Shown here in pieces: positions 28,311 through 48,004 of a stretch of DNA of 64,000 nt. The position numbers and the translations under genes were made by a program. The stretch is from assembly GCA_964016885.1 (NCBI GenBank), contig OZ024740.1, positions 75,516,001 through 75,580,000 on the forward strand, read 5' to 3'. Position 1 is the first letter of the stretch. Each line of letters starts with the position of its first letter. Below the pieces are notes generated by a model. It was given only the letters and a program-made list of their open reading frames with translations. It did not search any database and was not told where the DNA came from. This stretch comes from Eledone cirrhosa. Lineage: Eukaryota.

Positions 28311-28644
28311 CAACTGGTATATATATTAAAAGGATCTTCATAGCATATACAATAAATTAATGTTAGCGACGCTTGCTTTCTCCGTTCTATGTCTTCAAAA
28401 TATTTCTTATTAGGTTAAATTGTCCTTCCGTTAAAAGTCCTGCATGCTCTAAAACTAGGTTTAGTGTTAATGTTAGGGTTAGGGTTAGGGTTAGGGTTAG
28501 GGTTAGAGCATGCAGGGCTTTTAACGGAAGGACAATTTAACCTAATAAGAAATGTTTTCAAGGCCTAGAACGGAGAAAGCAAGCTTCACTAATATCAATT
28601 TTTTGTATATGTTATAAAAATCCTTTTTATTTTTAAACCAGGTG
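28311..28644. mobile_element. Palindromic MITE (about 140-bp TIRs) with central (TTAGGG)5
   Basis: 28311-28452 is roughly the reverse complement of 28503-28644. Termini are caactgg and ccaggtg-ta. TTAGGG x5 at 28473-28502. Confidence 0.75.
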
Positions 28645-28689
28645 TATATATATACACACACACATACACACAAATATCTGCATATATAT

Positions 28690-29120
28690 AACTTTGATAA
28701 CTTTGATAGGTTTCGGCCAGTATTGGCCCAAGGCCATGTCTAACTTAATAGCACCACCCAGCGAAGTCTTTCAAATCAGTATTTGGGCACCATGGCCCAC
28801 TCAAGTAGAGAGTTATTATTTACGAAGACATATCCGGGTGTAGGAGGTTTATCTAGGATTTCTTGAAGGAATTTGTCCAAAGACTTTTTGAATATTATGG
28901 GGTCCGTTTCTGTTTTAATGTGTTTTGGTGTAATGTTAAAGAGAGCAGAACCAATAGAGGTGAAATAATTATGCCGTAATGTTGCTATGAAATGCGAGTT
29001 CGATTTTTGTTGTGGGCGGATAGAATGGGGCCCAAGTTTTAGGTGTACTGTAAAGATGATGCCAACTTTATTTCGGCAATGCTGATGGAATATTTTGCAC
29101 ATCATGCAGATAATGTAGAT
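28690..29120 (-). pseudogene. CR1/L2-group LINE 3' end with tandem-repeat tail
   Basis: ORF 28776-29177 has NYFTSIGSALFN..P..FKKSLDKFL..DKPPTPGY...NSL. The 3' stem catggcc..ggccgaaac is followed by (atcaaagtt)2. Confidence 0.7.
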
Positions 29121-29479
29121 GGTTACACAAACGGGAGTAATTAAACAGTATGATGTAGATCTTATTCTATTCATCAAATCACACTAGTGACTCAGGGGCC
29201 TGGAGTTTTGTGCATAAGAGAGTTTATTCAGACTGGCTTCATTAATATTTTTCTCGTCAAAAAATACATTATACATTCGTGTCACACGTATAGAGCGCTC
29301 ATTCAGTTAATGTTAGAATATTTTAAGTACAGTAGTATTTAAAACACTTCAATATATACATTCATACATATATTCGTACATACGCACGTATGTACTTTCG
29401 TATGTACGTATGTATGTACATATGTAGTTATGTATGTGCGTGTGTGTGTGTGTACTTATACTTGTATATAATTGTTTCT

Positions 29480-29612
29480 ACTTATGGCACAAGGCCAGCA
29501 ATTACCCCTGTGCATTATTGGTGCTTTATTTTATCGACCCCGTAAGGATGAAAGGAAAGCTAACCTCACCGGGATTTTGTCTGACACTTTACCGATACTG
29601 CCAATCCACCAC
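29480..29612 (-). mobile_element. Internally deleted S2 SINE
   Basis: ggcacaaggccagcaattaccc...atcgaccccgtaaggatgaaagg...gccaatccacc. Confidence 0.7.
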
Positions 29613-30249
29613 ACTTATTTGCCTGTATATAATATTAACTTCCTTGTCACGATATGTGTTCAAGTGTTATTTTTTCATGAATCTTTAACCGTGGAACGAA
29701 ATGGAAATCTTTAAAATAATGAAACAATATTCTGAAGATCTATACAACTATGAATTAAAATAGATATAAGAACCTTTACAAAACGTGGTATATCCACGAG
29801 CTCCACGATTGAAGAAGTAATAGGTGAAATAGATAATTTCAAGTTTAGGTGAATGCACAAAGTTATTGAGACGGAATAAATGGCTCAATGAAAATGGCAA
29901 AAGAAGGAAGCTATCGCTAATTGCAAAAGTGCAAGGGTGCAACGACCAAAGAAACATTGTATGTGTATATGAATTGTTATTTATCGTAAATGTCAACAAG
30001 AGAAAGAATACTGGAACCAAATGGGGGAAAATATTTATATTGTATTAAAATGAGATGACATTTCGAAATAAAAGATATATATCATTCAAGATATATATTT
30101 GGTTTGTTCAAGAATGATTGGAGTTGACGATAATACTTATCTATAGCAAAGTTTATTTATATTTTTGCCTGATTATAACTTAATGCTGCTTAGATAGGCG
30201 TGTGATGCATTGCTATAGATATCTAACAGTGACGACACAATGACATACA

Positions 30250-30850
30250 TTTTGAAGTAGGGCGGTAGTCGATCATATCAACCACGGCACTCCACTGGTA
30301 TTTTATTTTATCGATATCAGCAGAATTATACCCAAAACTAAACTCTGTTGAATTTAAATAGAGAACATAAAATGCTGGGTTTTTTTTATTGTTTGGAAAG
30401 GAAAATGCCCATGAGTTTTTTCCAGGGTCACCAAGACTGATAGGAATAAGACAAAGTGGAGACCTGGCGAGGATACTTGCAATAAAAAGGACTCCGCTAA
30501 AGACACTTAAGTACCAAGTGGTAGTGTTAAGCTAGGTGGCGGATTAAATCTGCCATCTATATAGGCCACAGTTGAATTTGAACTCAGAACGCAAAGAAAC
30601 TGAAAATATATTGCAATTCATCTTGTCTGATGTCCTAGCAATTTCACATCTCAACTGGTACTTTAGTTTAACGATCCCAAAAGGATGAAATGTAAAGTTG
30701 ACTTCGGTGGGATTTGAATTCAAAGCGCAAAAGCCGGAACAAATATTGTAAAGCATTTTGCCCAACGCTCTAACAATTCAGCCAATTCTCCATTATAACT
30801 AGGTACCGCAAAATATTTTGCTCAGCGCTCTAACGATTATGCCAATCCAT
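30250..30850 (-). mobile_element. Cluster of degenerate S2 SINE fragments
   Basis: Several ggatgaaa...gatttgaa...gccaat blocks. Confidence 0.5.
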
Positions 30851-30856
30851 CGACTT

Positions 30857-30893
<37 letters not shown>

Positions 30894-31326
30894 TTAACTA
30901 ATAATAATATTAACCAAGGGCGGTGCCCCAGCATGGCCTCAGCCGGATGGCTGAAACAGGTAAAAGAGTAAACGAGTAATGTTGATGATCTTTCCAATAT
31001 AGAAACCAATGTCACTTTGATTGATAACTACAGCAGCCAATTCTCCCTCAAATCACATCCTACTCTATTATACAAAAAAGGAAGACCCATTGAAAATTAT
31101 AGTTCTAGATACCCTATTACGTGGCGAATTGGTAGTTAGAATATCCGCTAGAACACCTTGCGGTATTTATTACGTCTCTCAGCACATTGGGTTCAAACGT
31201 TACGTCAGGTATTGAGGTTGATTCGTTTCTCCCTCTCTCTATTTGCCAGCTAAACTGTAATTAAGTAAGGAGTGCGGGACTGCGTACGGTTTATTTCTTT
31301 TAATCCAGTTAGTAAAATAAAGTGGG

Positions 31327-31957
31327 TTACTTTGAATAAATAATTGTTTCTACTTTTGGCACAAGGCCAGCAATTACCCAGTACATTACTGGTACTTTAT
31401 TGTATCGACCCCGTAAGGATGAAAGGCAAAGTTAACCTCGGCGGGATTTGAACTCAGACCGTAAAGGGACGTAACTATGCTGGAAAGCATGGCGTCCGAC
31501 TCTCTACTGATACTGCCAATCCACCTTTACTTTGAATAAATAATTGTTTCTACTTTTGGCACAAGGCCAGCAATTACCCAGTACATTACTGGTACTTTAT
31601 TGTATCGACCCCGTAAGGATGAAAGGCAAAGTTAACCTCGGCGGGATTTGAACTCAGACCGTAAAGGGACGTAACTATGCTGGAAAGCATGGCGTCCGAC
31701 TCTCTACTGATACTGCCAATCCACCTTTACTTTGAATAAATAATTGTTTCTACTTTAGGCACAAGGCCAGCAATTACCCAGTGCATTACTGGTACTTTAT
31801 TTTATCGACCCCGTAAGGATGAAAGGCCAAAGTCAACCTCGGCGGGATTTGAACTCAGATCGTAAAGGGACGTAACTATGCTGGAAAGCATGGCGTCCGA
31901 CCCTCTACCGATACTGCCAATCCACCGCCCCAAAATCCTTTACTTTGAATAAATAAT
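31327..31957 (-). repeat. Tandem trimer of S2 SINE with a 200-bp period
   Basis: tttgaataaataattg at 31331, 31531 and 31731. Units 1 and 2 appear identical. Confidence 0.9.
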
Positions 31958-33251
31958 GAATGAATATTACATAATTTATCTACTAAATTTCGTAGCTGTT
32001 GATTAAATATATTTTATTCCTTATTTAAAAATTCACTTCTTTAAAATTTTCAAATGTCAACACTTCCGGTTAGCGATCGCTTAAATAAACATTCATATAT
32101 TTCCGTCACTAATTTTCTCCTAATGCAGTTAATATATAATATCGTCTTTTTTTAATGTATTACGTTAATGATTACGTTACTGATTACATAAGACAGTGTA
32201 ACGCAGTCTTCGTTCAATTTCTGTGTATATTGTCAATTACGATTTTATTTGATGTATCATATTTACATGCATATATACTTGCGTATAATATCAATATGCA
32301 CACAATATGCATCCCAAAGGTGGTTTTTCTGCTAGTCTTTGTAATGAAGAACGACAAATATTGATAGCGAGTCAGTGGTCGAAGTAACTATTAAAGTGGA
32401 GCGGAGAAGTATGGAGTGCTTGACCATAAAATATTCTTAGTTAATCCCCGATGTTTAAACCTACTTTGATTATTTCTAATGTTGATAACACTGGAAATAA
32501 TTATAAAAAAACACTCTTGTTATTACATAAATATATGGTCAGCATCCATTTCTAATTAAATGATCACAGAATGAGAATATTTACGATATAAAAGTAGATT
32601 AATCGAAGCAGGTATGAAATATTTTGTTATATATATATATGTGTGTGTGTGTGAGTGAGCGCGTGGGTGTGTGGGTGTGTGTGTGTGTGAGTGTGAGTGA
32701 GTGAGCATGTGTGTGTGTGTATGTGTGTGTGTGTGTGGGTGTAAGAACGGTGTGCTAATGCGCTGAGATGCTATGAAATAGCTTGTAAAACAGGCTAAAG
32801 ACCCTTAAAAACGAAAAAAGAAAAGGCCATCGACCGCTACGAGAATCGAACCCCGTATCTCTCAGATACCGGCTAGGTGTAGTTCGTGAGTTTTAGAATA
32901 CAGTGATGATTGAAAATTTGAAAACAGAATTATAAGAATTCGCCCTATTTTAACTACAGAAACTAATCAAATAACAGTACATATAAGCTACATAAAGGAA
33001 AAATCGGGCATCAGAAAACCAAAAGGTATCAACTGATATGGAAGAGAGATGGAAACGTTGAATAGTAGACTAGCCAAAGGAAAGAAATAGAAAATATATG
33101 TACTACAGTCCAACATACAGACAAATAAAAATGACTCGAAAGCATAGACAATGTATCAATGGGGGATTGAGGAAGACAAATGTAGCGGTGTAATGTCTAT
33201 TATTAGTAAGTTTTAAAAAGCCCACGTGGCTAAGACTTTCGAATATAATAT

Positions 33252-33885
33252 AATGGTTTCTGATTTAGGCACAAGGACAACAATTTTTTAGGGGAGGTGA
33301 AAGTCGATTATATCAACCCCAGTGTGTGACCGGCACTTTATTTTATCGACCCCGTAAGGATGAAAGGCAAAGCTAACCTCAGTGGGATTTGAACTTAGAA
33401 CATAACGGGACGTAACTATGTCGCTAAGCATGATGATCGACGCTCTATCGCTACTGCCAATCCACCGCCCTTAATAATTGTTTCTACCTTAGGCACAAGG
33501 CCAGCAATTACCCAGTGCATTACTGGTACTTTATTTTATCGACCCCGTAAGGATGAAAGGCAGAGTCAACCTCGGCGGGATTTGAACTCAGATCATAAAG
33601 GGACGTAATTATGCTGGAAAGCATGGCGTCCGACCCTCTACCGATACTGCCAATCCACCGCCCTTAATAATGATTTCTACTATAGGTAGAAGACCAGCAA
33701 TTTTAAAGGGAAGGGAAGTTGTTTAATCGATCCTGTTCGTTACTGGTACTTTATTTTATCGATCCCGTAAGGATGAAAGGCAGAGCTAACCTCGACGGTA
33801 TTTGAACTCAGAACGCAAAGGGACATAACTCTATGTCGCGAAGCATGGTGTCTGACGCTTTACCGATACTGCCAATCCACCGCCC
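33252..33885 (-). mobile_element. Three head-to-tail S2 SINEs of different subfamilies
   Basis: Each ends ccaatccaccgccc (about 33470, 33663 and 33885) and abuts the aataat tail of the next. Confidence 0.8.
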
Positions 33886-34407
33886 TATTTCGAATATAAT
33901 GAAAATGAAAATGATTGTGTATATTGCTCAGGTGTACTATAAATCCAAAAAAAGGGGACGCTACCACTTCATCGACACCGTACCTGATATGATAAAACTA
34001 TTTAATTTATTAACTTCAGAGATCTAAATGATCAACTGGTCACCAATTTGAACTCAAAATTGAATACCTTGATATATATATATATATATATAGTAAAAGA
34101 GAGCCCAAAACTCTAAAAGATACATTTACTGGGGCAAAAACCCGTTAACGAATCCCCAACCCCACTGTCACAAAATACGGAAGAACAAACTGTGATACCT
34201 GCATATATCTGATGAAAACACGAGATAATTCCCTTTAAGCAGTCACATTACAACATGTACAGGATTGGACTTATTCAAATTCAAAATCCCCACCTCTACA
34301 AGTGTTCACACTCTTTCACTCAACAACAGAAAATAAATTTAAAAAACAATTCATTAACAAATATAAATCACACTTAGATATGTAATTGTCCGCCATTACA
34401 CAATAAA

Positions 34408-34850
34408 TAATAATTGTTTCTACATTTGGCACAAGGCCAGCAATTATCTCAGTGTATTACTGGTACTTTCTTTTATCGACCCTATAAGGATGAAAGGCAA
34501 AGTTAACCTTGGCGAGATTTGAATAATAATTGTTTCTACTTTTGGCACAAGGCCAGCAATTACCCAGTGCATTACTGGTACTTTACTTTATCGACCCCAT
34601 AAGGATGAAAGGCAAAGTAAACTTCGGCGGGATTTGAACTCAGATCGTAAAGGGACGTAACTCTTTGCGTCAAGGCATGGCGTCCGACCCCCTACCGATA
34701 CTGCCAAAATAATTGTTTCTACTTTAGGCACAAATAATTGTTTCTACTTTAGGCACAAGGCCAGCAATTACCCAGTGCATTACTGGTACTTTATTTTATC
34801 GACCCTGTAAGGATGAAAGGCAAAGTCAACCTCGGCGGGATTTTGGCACA
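34408..34850 (-). mobile_element. Stacked 5'-truncated S2 SINEs
   Basis: Four restarts of aataattgtttctac..t.ggcacaa. Confidence 0.75.
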
Positions 34851-35162
34851 AATAATGATCTATAGATGGGAACAACCAATTTACACACATCTATAATCAA
34901 ACCTATGCATGAGTAACCGCACACACAAACACACACACACACACATGCAAGCACGCACACATATACATACATACATACATCACAAGATAAAAGGAAAAAT
35001 CATAACTCCAAAGAAACTTCCACCAAAAGTTGTTTTTAGTAGGATTTATCTATTAAATTTTCCAGAAACCTCTTCTTGTTTGTTTTGTTTTGTTTTGATT
35101 TTTTTAATCTGCAAACACTGAAAATAAGCTTGAACTCTTGATACAATAGAGCCCCACTTACA

Positions 35163-35243
<81 letters not shown>

Positions 35244-35297
35244 ACACACCACAAGACAAAAGAAAAAGTCACAACCTTTATAAAAACATCACTACAA

Positions 35298-35436
35298 AGA
35301 GTTACGTCCCTTTATGGTCTGAGTTCAAATCAGCCGAGGTTAGCTTTGCCTTTCATCCTTACGGGGTCGATAAAATAAAGTGCCAGTAATACACTGGGAT
35401 AATTGCTGGCCTTGTGCCAAAAGTAGAAACAATTAT
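35298..35436 (+). mobile_element. 5'-truncated S2 SINE
   Basis: gttacgtccctttatggtctgagttcaaat...ggccttgtgccaaaagtagaaacaatta. Confidence 0.75.
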
Positions 35437-35704
35437 ATTTATATTATCCATTTTTTATTTATATATTTGTCTTTGTATTTTCAATAGAAATTTCAGTCAA
35501 ATTTATATCAACTTTTATCTATTTTTATTTATTTTTATTTTGTTCTTGTATTTATCTACATCCTCTGAAAATAAACTTTGGCACCCCACCTAATTGACAC
35601 AATGGCACCCCACCTAAATACACACACAAACACACACACAAACAAACAAACACACAAACACATATACATACACGCACACACACACAAACACATATACATA
35701 CACA

Positions 35705-35735
<31 letters not shown>

Positions 35736-36506
35736 CGACACCCCCCCCCCCCCCCACACACACACACATACACACACACACAAAAGAGCAGCAAAATGCC
35801 ATCTGGGGCTTTATTCTGAAAAGAAAAGGAACCTTTTTATTTAAATCAATAAGATTTAAATCATTAGAATGTAACAATTATAAAAATATCTATTCTGTCG
35901 GATTAAAGAAAAATAAATTCTTTGAATCTACTCCTGTGCTTTTGCATTTTTACACACACACACAACACACACATCAATCTATATACTACTAACATTCTGT
36001 GATTGTGTACTTCTCTGTAATTTAATACAGCCAAAACGGCGCATAATGGGAAAATACTTTTAAAGGAAGTTGCCCCTGAAATGGGAATACAAATGGAATA
36101 AAACAAATTTCGCGTAAATCGGAGCACGGGTTCCAGAGATACGGGTTTTTCTGGGTACCTTCATAAATAGAGAGAGAGAGAAGATAGGGAGAAAGAGATA
36201 TTGGTTTTGAGAGAGCAGATTCGGAGAAAGAGTGAGAGAGAAGGAGACAGAGAAGGAAAATGGAAGAGGGAGAGAGCTGGTGGTGTTGTTGAATGAAATC
36301 ATAACAGGTGACTTCAAAGAATCGAATACAGCATTTAGCTCGAATTTGGTGACTGAATATTAAGTCATATGTGCCATACAACTTGTGTTAGGAGAGGATG
36401 TGTGTAGCGAATATTTCATGCTAAACAGGAAGGATTTCTAAGTGTTCGTGTATATATGTATGTTTGTGCATGTTTGTGACCTGTGTATATAGGTTACAGA
36501 CACCCA

Positions 36507-39384
<2,878 letters not shown>

Positions 39385-39767
39385 GCCTTCCAATTTCATT
39401 TTACATTGTATATGTGTCTGTATATTTTAATTATTTAAAAATTGTTTTTAAGTGAACATGACCTAACGGGTCACGGGTGGTCTAGTATACAACTAAACCT
39501 CTGTGATTGTGGGCTTGTCTGTAATTTAATACAACTAAAACGGCGAATAATGGAAAATACTTTGAAAGGAAGTTGCTCCGGAAATGGGAATACAAATGAA
39601 ATAAAACAAGTTTTGCGTAAATCGGAGCACGGGTTCCCAAGACGGGGGTTTTCCGGGTACCTTCAAAAATAGAGAGAGAGAAAGATAAAGAAAAAGAGAT
39701 AGTGGTTGTGAGAGAGTAGATTAACAGAGAGATATAGAGAGAAAGAAGAAGACAGGGAAGGAAATGG

Positions 39768-39862
<95 letters not shown>

Positions 39863-39926
39863 TGGTGTTGTTGTTCAATGAAATTATAACAGGTGACTTC
39901 AAAGATTCGAATATAGTATCACATAT

Positions 39927-43199
<3,273 letters not shown>

Positions 43200-43363
43200 C
43201 TAACACTGTTTGTACTGCACTCATCGTTATTGTTTTTGTTTTTAACTTCTATATATATACATACATGAGATGGTGAAATAGATAATTTTCAAATTCTCCG
43301 CTATTTGTAAACAAAGCTAACTTTCAACTCTGTTTTTTATATATATATATATGAGTGTGTGTT

Positions 43364-43389
<26 letters not shown>

Positions 43390-43405
<16 letters not shown>

Positions 43406-45420
43406 TATTGAAGTTTGCTTGAAGCATTGTGGAACAATAAGTAAATATCTTTAAGTCGTTTGGAAGCCTCGACAATGCAAATGGGTAAATCTCCGGGTAA
43501 CAAGGTCCGGTGGTGGAGAGAGAGATGTAAGTGGGTGTACGTTGAGATGCGTGGTGTGTATAAGATGTGTGAGATGTGTAGAATGAAGGGAAGAGTATAA
43601 AGGATAAAATAAGAATAACAACACAAGAGAGAGTTACCTTGGGAGAGATTTAATAGTCCCTATATATTTCGGATTCACATCCATCAACTGGGGTTTTTTT
43701 CCGGGGTGAGGGAAAAGGTTGTCTGTCGGTCAAGTCCGGAACGCGTCCTTCGCTGTTTGTTGTTTTGAATATCTGAGGTATTCGGCAGAGCGCGCGTGCG
43801 CGTGAAATGGGGTCGGTCGTACAGAGGTCAGCGGCCGAATGAGGGAGTGGGATGGCGCTAGCTGTCAGTCCATTCTCTGCCTGTTTGTTAAATGTTACTG
43901 TGTGTGTGTGTGCGTGTGCTGTTGTCTCGCTTGAGTGTGTGTGTGTGTGTGCGTGTGTTGCCTTGTTCCTCTGTATTGGCAGTGTGGTATGTTTGTATGG
44001 TGGAATGCTACTGTATGTGTGTGCGTGTGTGTGTGTGTAGTTGTCTCGTTTGCGTGTGTGTGTGTGTGCGTGTGTTGTTGCATCGTTTGTTAACTTAAAT
44101 CAGCCATCTCATTTCGCTTCTCTCTGATCGGTTGTTTATTTGCGGTTGCAGTCGTTTAATAAAAAGCGCTTCCTTGATACGTAACGTGCTGACGTTTCTT
44201 TCAGTCGCTAGAATTGTGACAATGGGCCTTCCGTCTTTGTTTCCGCATTTTTCTATGTGTTTCCGGAAAGACGAGGCCCTGGTTATAATGTGTTCCTTGA
44301 TCCGGATGTGCAAAGGTCGAATTGTGCTACCTATGTAGTATTGGTTGCACCTGTCACATTCTATCTTATACACGACGTATGTGCGTAGGCAACAGTTCGC
44401 ATGGCGTATCGGGCAGTCTCTGGGGGAGCATGCGTCAGTAGATTTTTCGGGTTTCCTGGAGAGGCATCTTCGTAGGGAGGGGCCCGAGTGGGCCAGGTGG
44501 ATGTCGAGGCCCTCCCTCCGTATAGCCTTGCGGATAGCGTTGGTGGTTTTCTCGCCCAGGTGTGGCATTTTAAGGAAGCACTTGCCTCGGGTGCTTCTCT
44601 GTCTCTTGCGTCTGGTGTCTCCTATTCTGTCTGTGATCGAGGTAGGGTACCCGTTCGTCTCCAGCACCTCGAGGAATCGCTTGGTATCAGTGACACCACT
44701 CGCGGGATCGCTGCATCTGTTATTGATTCGCGCGATCTCGTTCGTGATATATCCTCTTTTGGCACTGTTAGGGAGGGCGGACTTGTAGTGAACGAATAGG
44801 TCCCTGCAGGCTGCCTTTTGGTAGAAGTTGCAGTGGATCCTTCCCTGTTCCGTGATGTTGATTCGGAAGTCGAGGAGGGCAAGTGACCCGTCTTCGTTGG
44901 GGTGTTCAACACTGAAGTCAATGTTCTCGTCCGTGTTGTTGAACGTCTCATAGATTCTGTTCGCCGTGTCTTGGGAAGATGTGAGGATGAGGATATCGTC
45001 CACGTACCTTGAGAAAAGGGCTACGGCGTTGGCGTGGCAGGCGTTGAGTGCCTTGCGTTCGAGGTTGTCCATGTAAGAGATCGCTAGCACACCTGATAGG
45101 CTTGATCCCATGGGCAATCCCGAGGTTTGTTGGTATATTTGGTCAAGGAATCCGAAGTAGGTGTTGTCGACGACGATGGATGGGAGTTGGTGGATGTCAG
45201 TGGTGGTGAGCCCGAAGCAGTGTAGGTCGGTGGATTGGACGCGTTCCATTAGTATATGGACGGCCGGGAGTGCCGGGACAGAGGTGTAGAGAGCGACTAC
45301 ATCAAGGCTGAAGGCATATCTGTTATTCCTTCTGGTGTCGGGATCCATTTGATGCAGGCGCTTCAACACCTCGTCGGAGTTGTTAACGTGTCCCGGCAAG
45401 GTGTCTAAGATGGGTTTGAG
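43390..45420 (-). mobile_element. 5'-truncated sister PLE with open RT-EN frame (44095-45420)
   Basis: Protein is closely similar to 41230-42555. The 3' UTR is homologous to 42555-43090 with an extra segment at about 43500-43715. Confidence 0.95.
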
Positions 45421-47722
45421 TATACATACACACAAGCACACACATAAACATATCCACACACACGATAGCAATTAACAGCGCTGCGATCGAATGTGGCTTT
45501 TTAGCCCAGCCAATGATCTAAAATGTCTTGCACAGAGTCGGCAACCAAAACATTCACTGGGAATAGCCGACTGTGGTTGGAGTTCATGTACTTTTGCATG
45601 TCGCTTGAGCCCTCCTGCTGATTTACATTCTCTACCACATGTTTGGCAAGCATGATGAGTAGCATCTCCAACAGCAGCCTGGTAGTCAACCACTGATCTT
45701 ACTTTATGACTGCGAAGATGACTTTCGAGTCCAGCTTTGCTTAGGCAGAGTCTCGCACAGACGCTGCATCTCAGCGCCATAGGAGGACCCTCGCCGTCTT
45801 GAAATGCACACAGCAATGCCCTTCCTCACATCCCGCTTTACTTTCTCGTATGAGATTCGAGATGCCTCAAAGGCAACTTTCCCCTCATATACAGTCTTTC
45901 TCCATTTATTACGATCAGCAGCAACATTTTCCCATGTATCAGCAGAGATATTAGCGTCTTTCAAAGAGACTTTCAAGGAATCCTTATACCTCTTTTTTGG
46001 TTTATGTGGCGGTCGTTTTCCTTTAACTAACTCTCCATAAAAGAGTTGTTTTGGTATTCTAGAATCCTTCATCCTGGCAAGGTGACCACTCCAACGGAGT
46101 CGTTGCTTAAGCACAAGAACTTCTATACTGTCACACATAGAGCTTTCCAAAATCTCGATATCACTGATGTGGTCCCTCCAGTGAACCCCATGGATCCGTC
46201 TGAGACACATCTGATGGAAACGCTCTAATTGCTTAAGGTGGTGTCGATATGTGACCTAGGTCTCGCAGGCAGAAGAGAAGAGAGCACACATGCCTTGTAC
46301 ACCTTTACCTTTGTCTTCTTGCATATGTCTCGCCGACCCCAGAGTCGCCTTTCTAGCTTTCCGAAAGCATCACTTTCTTTCCTAATCCTGAGTGGGATTT
46401 CATTGTCAAGGTTGCTGTATCGATTGACAGTGATTCCCAGGTAGACAAAACACTCAAAGTCGTTTACCATACACATAGATATTTGGTTCACTGTACTTCT
46501 TACCAGGCGCAGGTTGGTACATGACGACGGTTTTCTTGAGACTGACAGTCAATCCTAGGGCAGTGCAAGCATCAGAAAATACATTCAAAATGTGCTGCAT
46601 ATCACTCTCTGTGTGCGCTACAAGATCGCAATCATCTGCATACAAGAGGTCTCTTATGATTGATGTAAATACTTTTGGTTTGCAGCAAAGCGCCTGATGT
46701 TAAATATGCTGCCTGAGGTTCGATATCGGATGTAAACACCATGCTCGCAATTCCTGAATGCAATATAGAAAACCATTGCAAAGTATATGGCAAACAGGGT
46801 CGGTACTGGAATATCTTCCTGTTTCCCTCCATTTTTTACTGAGATAGGCTCCGACATGTTACCTCTGATATTAACCCAAGCCTTCATGTCGTCATTGAAG
46901 GACCTAACTAAAGCAAGGAACATATCAGGGCAACCAAGTTTCTGGAGAACCTTCCATAATACATTTCTGTTAACAGTGTCGAAAGCTTTTGTCAGATCGA
47001 CAAAAACCTGATACAGATCCAAACCTTGTTCCATGCACTTCTCCTGGAGCTGTCTAGCTGAGAAGATCATATCAGTAGTGCCGCGTCTAGCACGAAAACC
47101 AGATTGACTTTCAGGAAGAACACAATCTGCAATGTGTGTCAGCAGACGGTCCAGAAGCACCCTACATAAAACTTTCCCTACGACAGAAAGCAATGATATA
47201 CCTCTGTAGTTCCCACAATCATTCCTGTTACCCTTTCCCTTGTACAAGACTACCATTACTGCATCTCTCCAGTCCTCAGGTACGGATTCATTAGCCCATA
47301 TCCTGCCAAACAGAGAGTGAAGATGTTGCAGAAGTCTCTCACCACCATATTGTAGGAGCTCTGCATGTATGCCATCCATACCTGAAGACCTTCCACTGTT
47401 CAGCTTCAGGATAGCCACTGCAACCTCCACAAGCGTCGGAGGTTCTGCGAGAGCTACTTTCACAGGACTTTCTGGAATGAGATTGAGGAAATCTTCATTG
47501 ACGACAGACGGCTGATTCAAAAGCTCATGAAAGTGCTCTCGCCACCTTCGTAGAATTCCTTGTGAGTCACGAAGAAGTTCTTTGCCATCCTTGCTGTTCA
47601 CCAGAAAAGAAGACGGTTCATAAACTTCACGCAAGAGACTGTACAACAGCTTTGTGTTATTGGAATCTGACGCAGTTTGTATCTCATCAGCCTTCTCACT
47701 CCACCACTGATTCTTCATCTGT
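45421..47722 (-). mobile_element. 5'-truncated RTE-clade LINE with three C-terminal C2H2-type fingers
   Basis: GNYRGISLLS, PESQSGFRARRGTTDMIF, FVDLTKAFDTV, YADD, RLRWSGHLARM..RIPKQLFYGEL. ORF 45472-45816 carries three CxxC..GL..H...H units. Confidence 0.92.
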
Positions 47723-48004
47723 ATAGGGAGCTTATAGATAGGACAACACATGCTGTCTTTTCGTGGGGTAAGTTTTTAATTAATTTTTGTATTCTGAGGC
47801 ATCAAAATACAACAAATTTTTCTCACTGGGCTCGGGAATATCATGACAGAAGTTTGTGGAAGTTACACAAATATTTTCGTATATTTTGCCAGAGCAATCC
47901 TTATTTATATTTTACACTTTACATTTACTTACATCTCAATGTAACATGGCTAAAATTCAAATTTTGCAAAGAGAAGAAAACGGAGAAATGAACTAGATAC
48001 ATCT

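Noticed and set aside
28473-28502. Chromosome end or telomere fusion
   Set aside because: Only five repeats, enclosed by MITE-like arms.
31327-31957. CRISPR-like regular array
   Set aside because: Units are whole SINE copies with no unique spacers, in a eukaryotic context with no cas genes.
32826-32880. tRNA-like B-box on the minus strand
   Set aside because: No complete cloverleaf; probably a SINE head remnant. Other tRNA-like heads in the window are SINEs.
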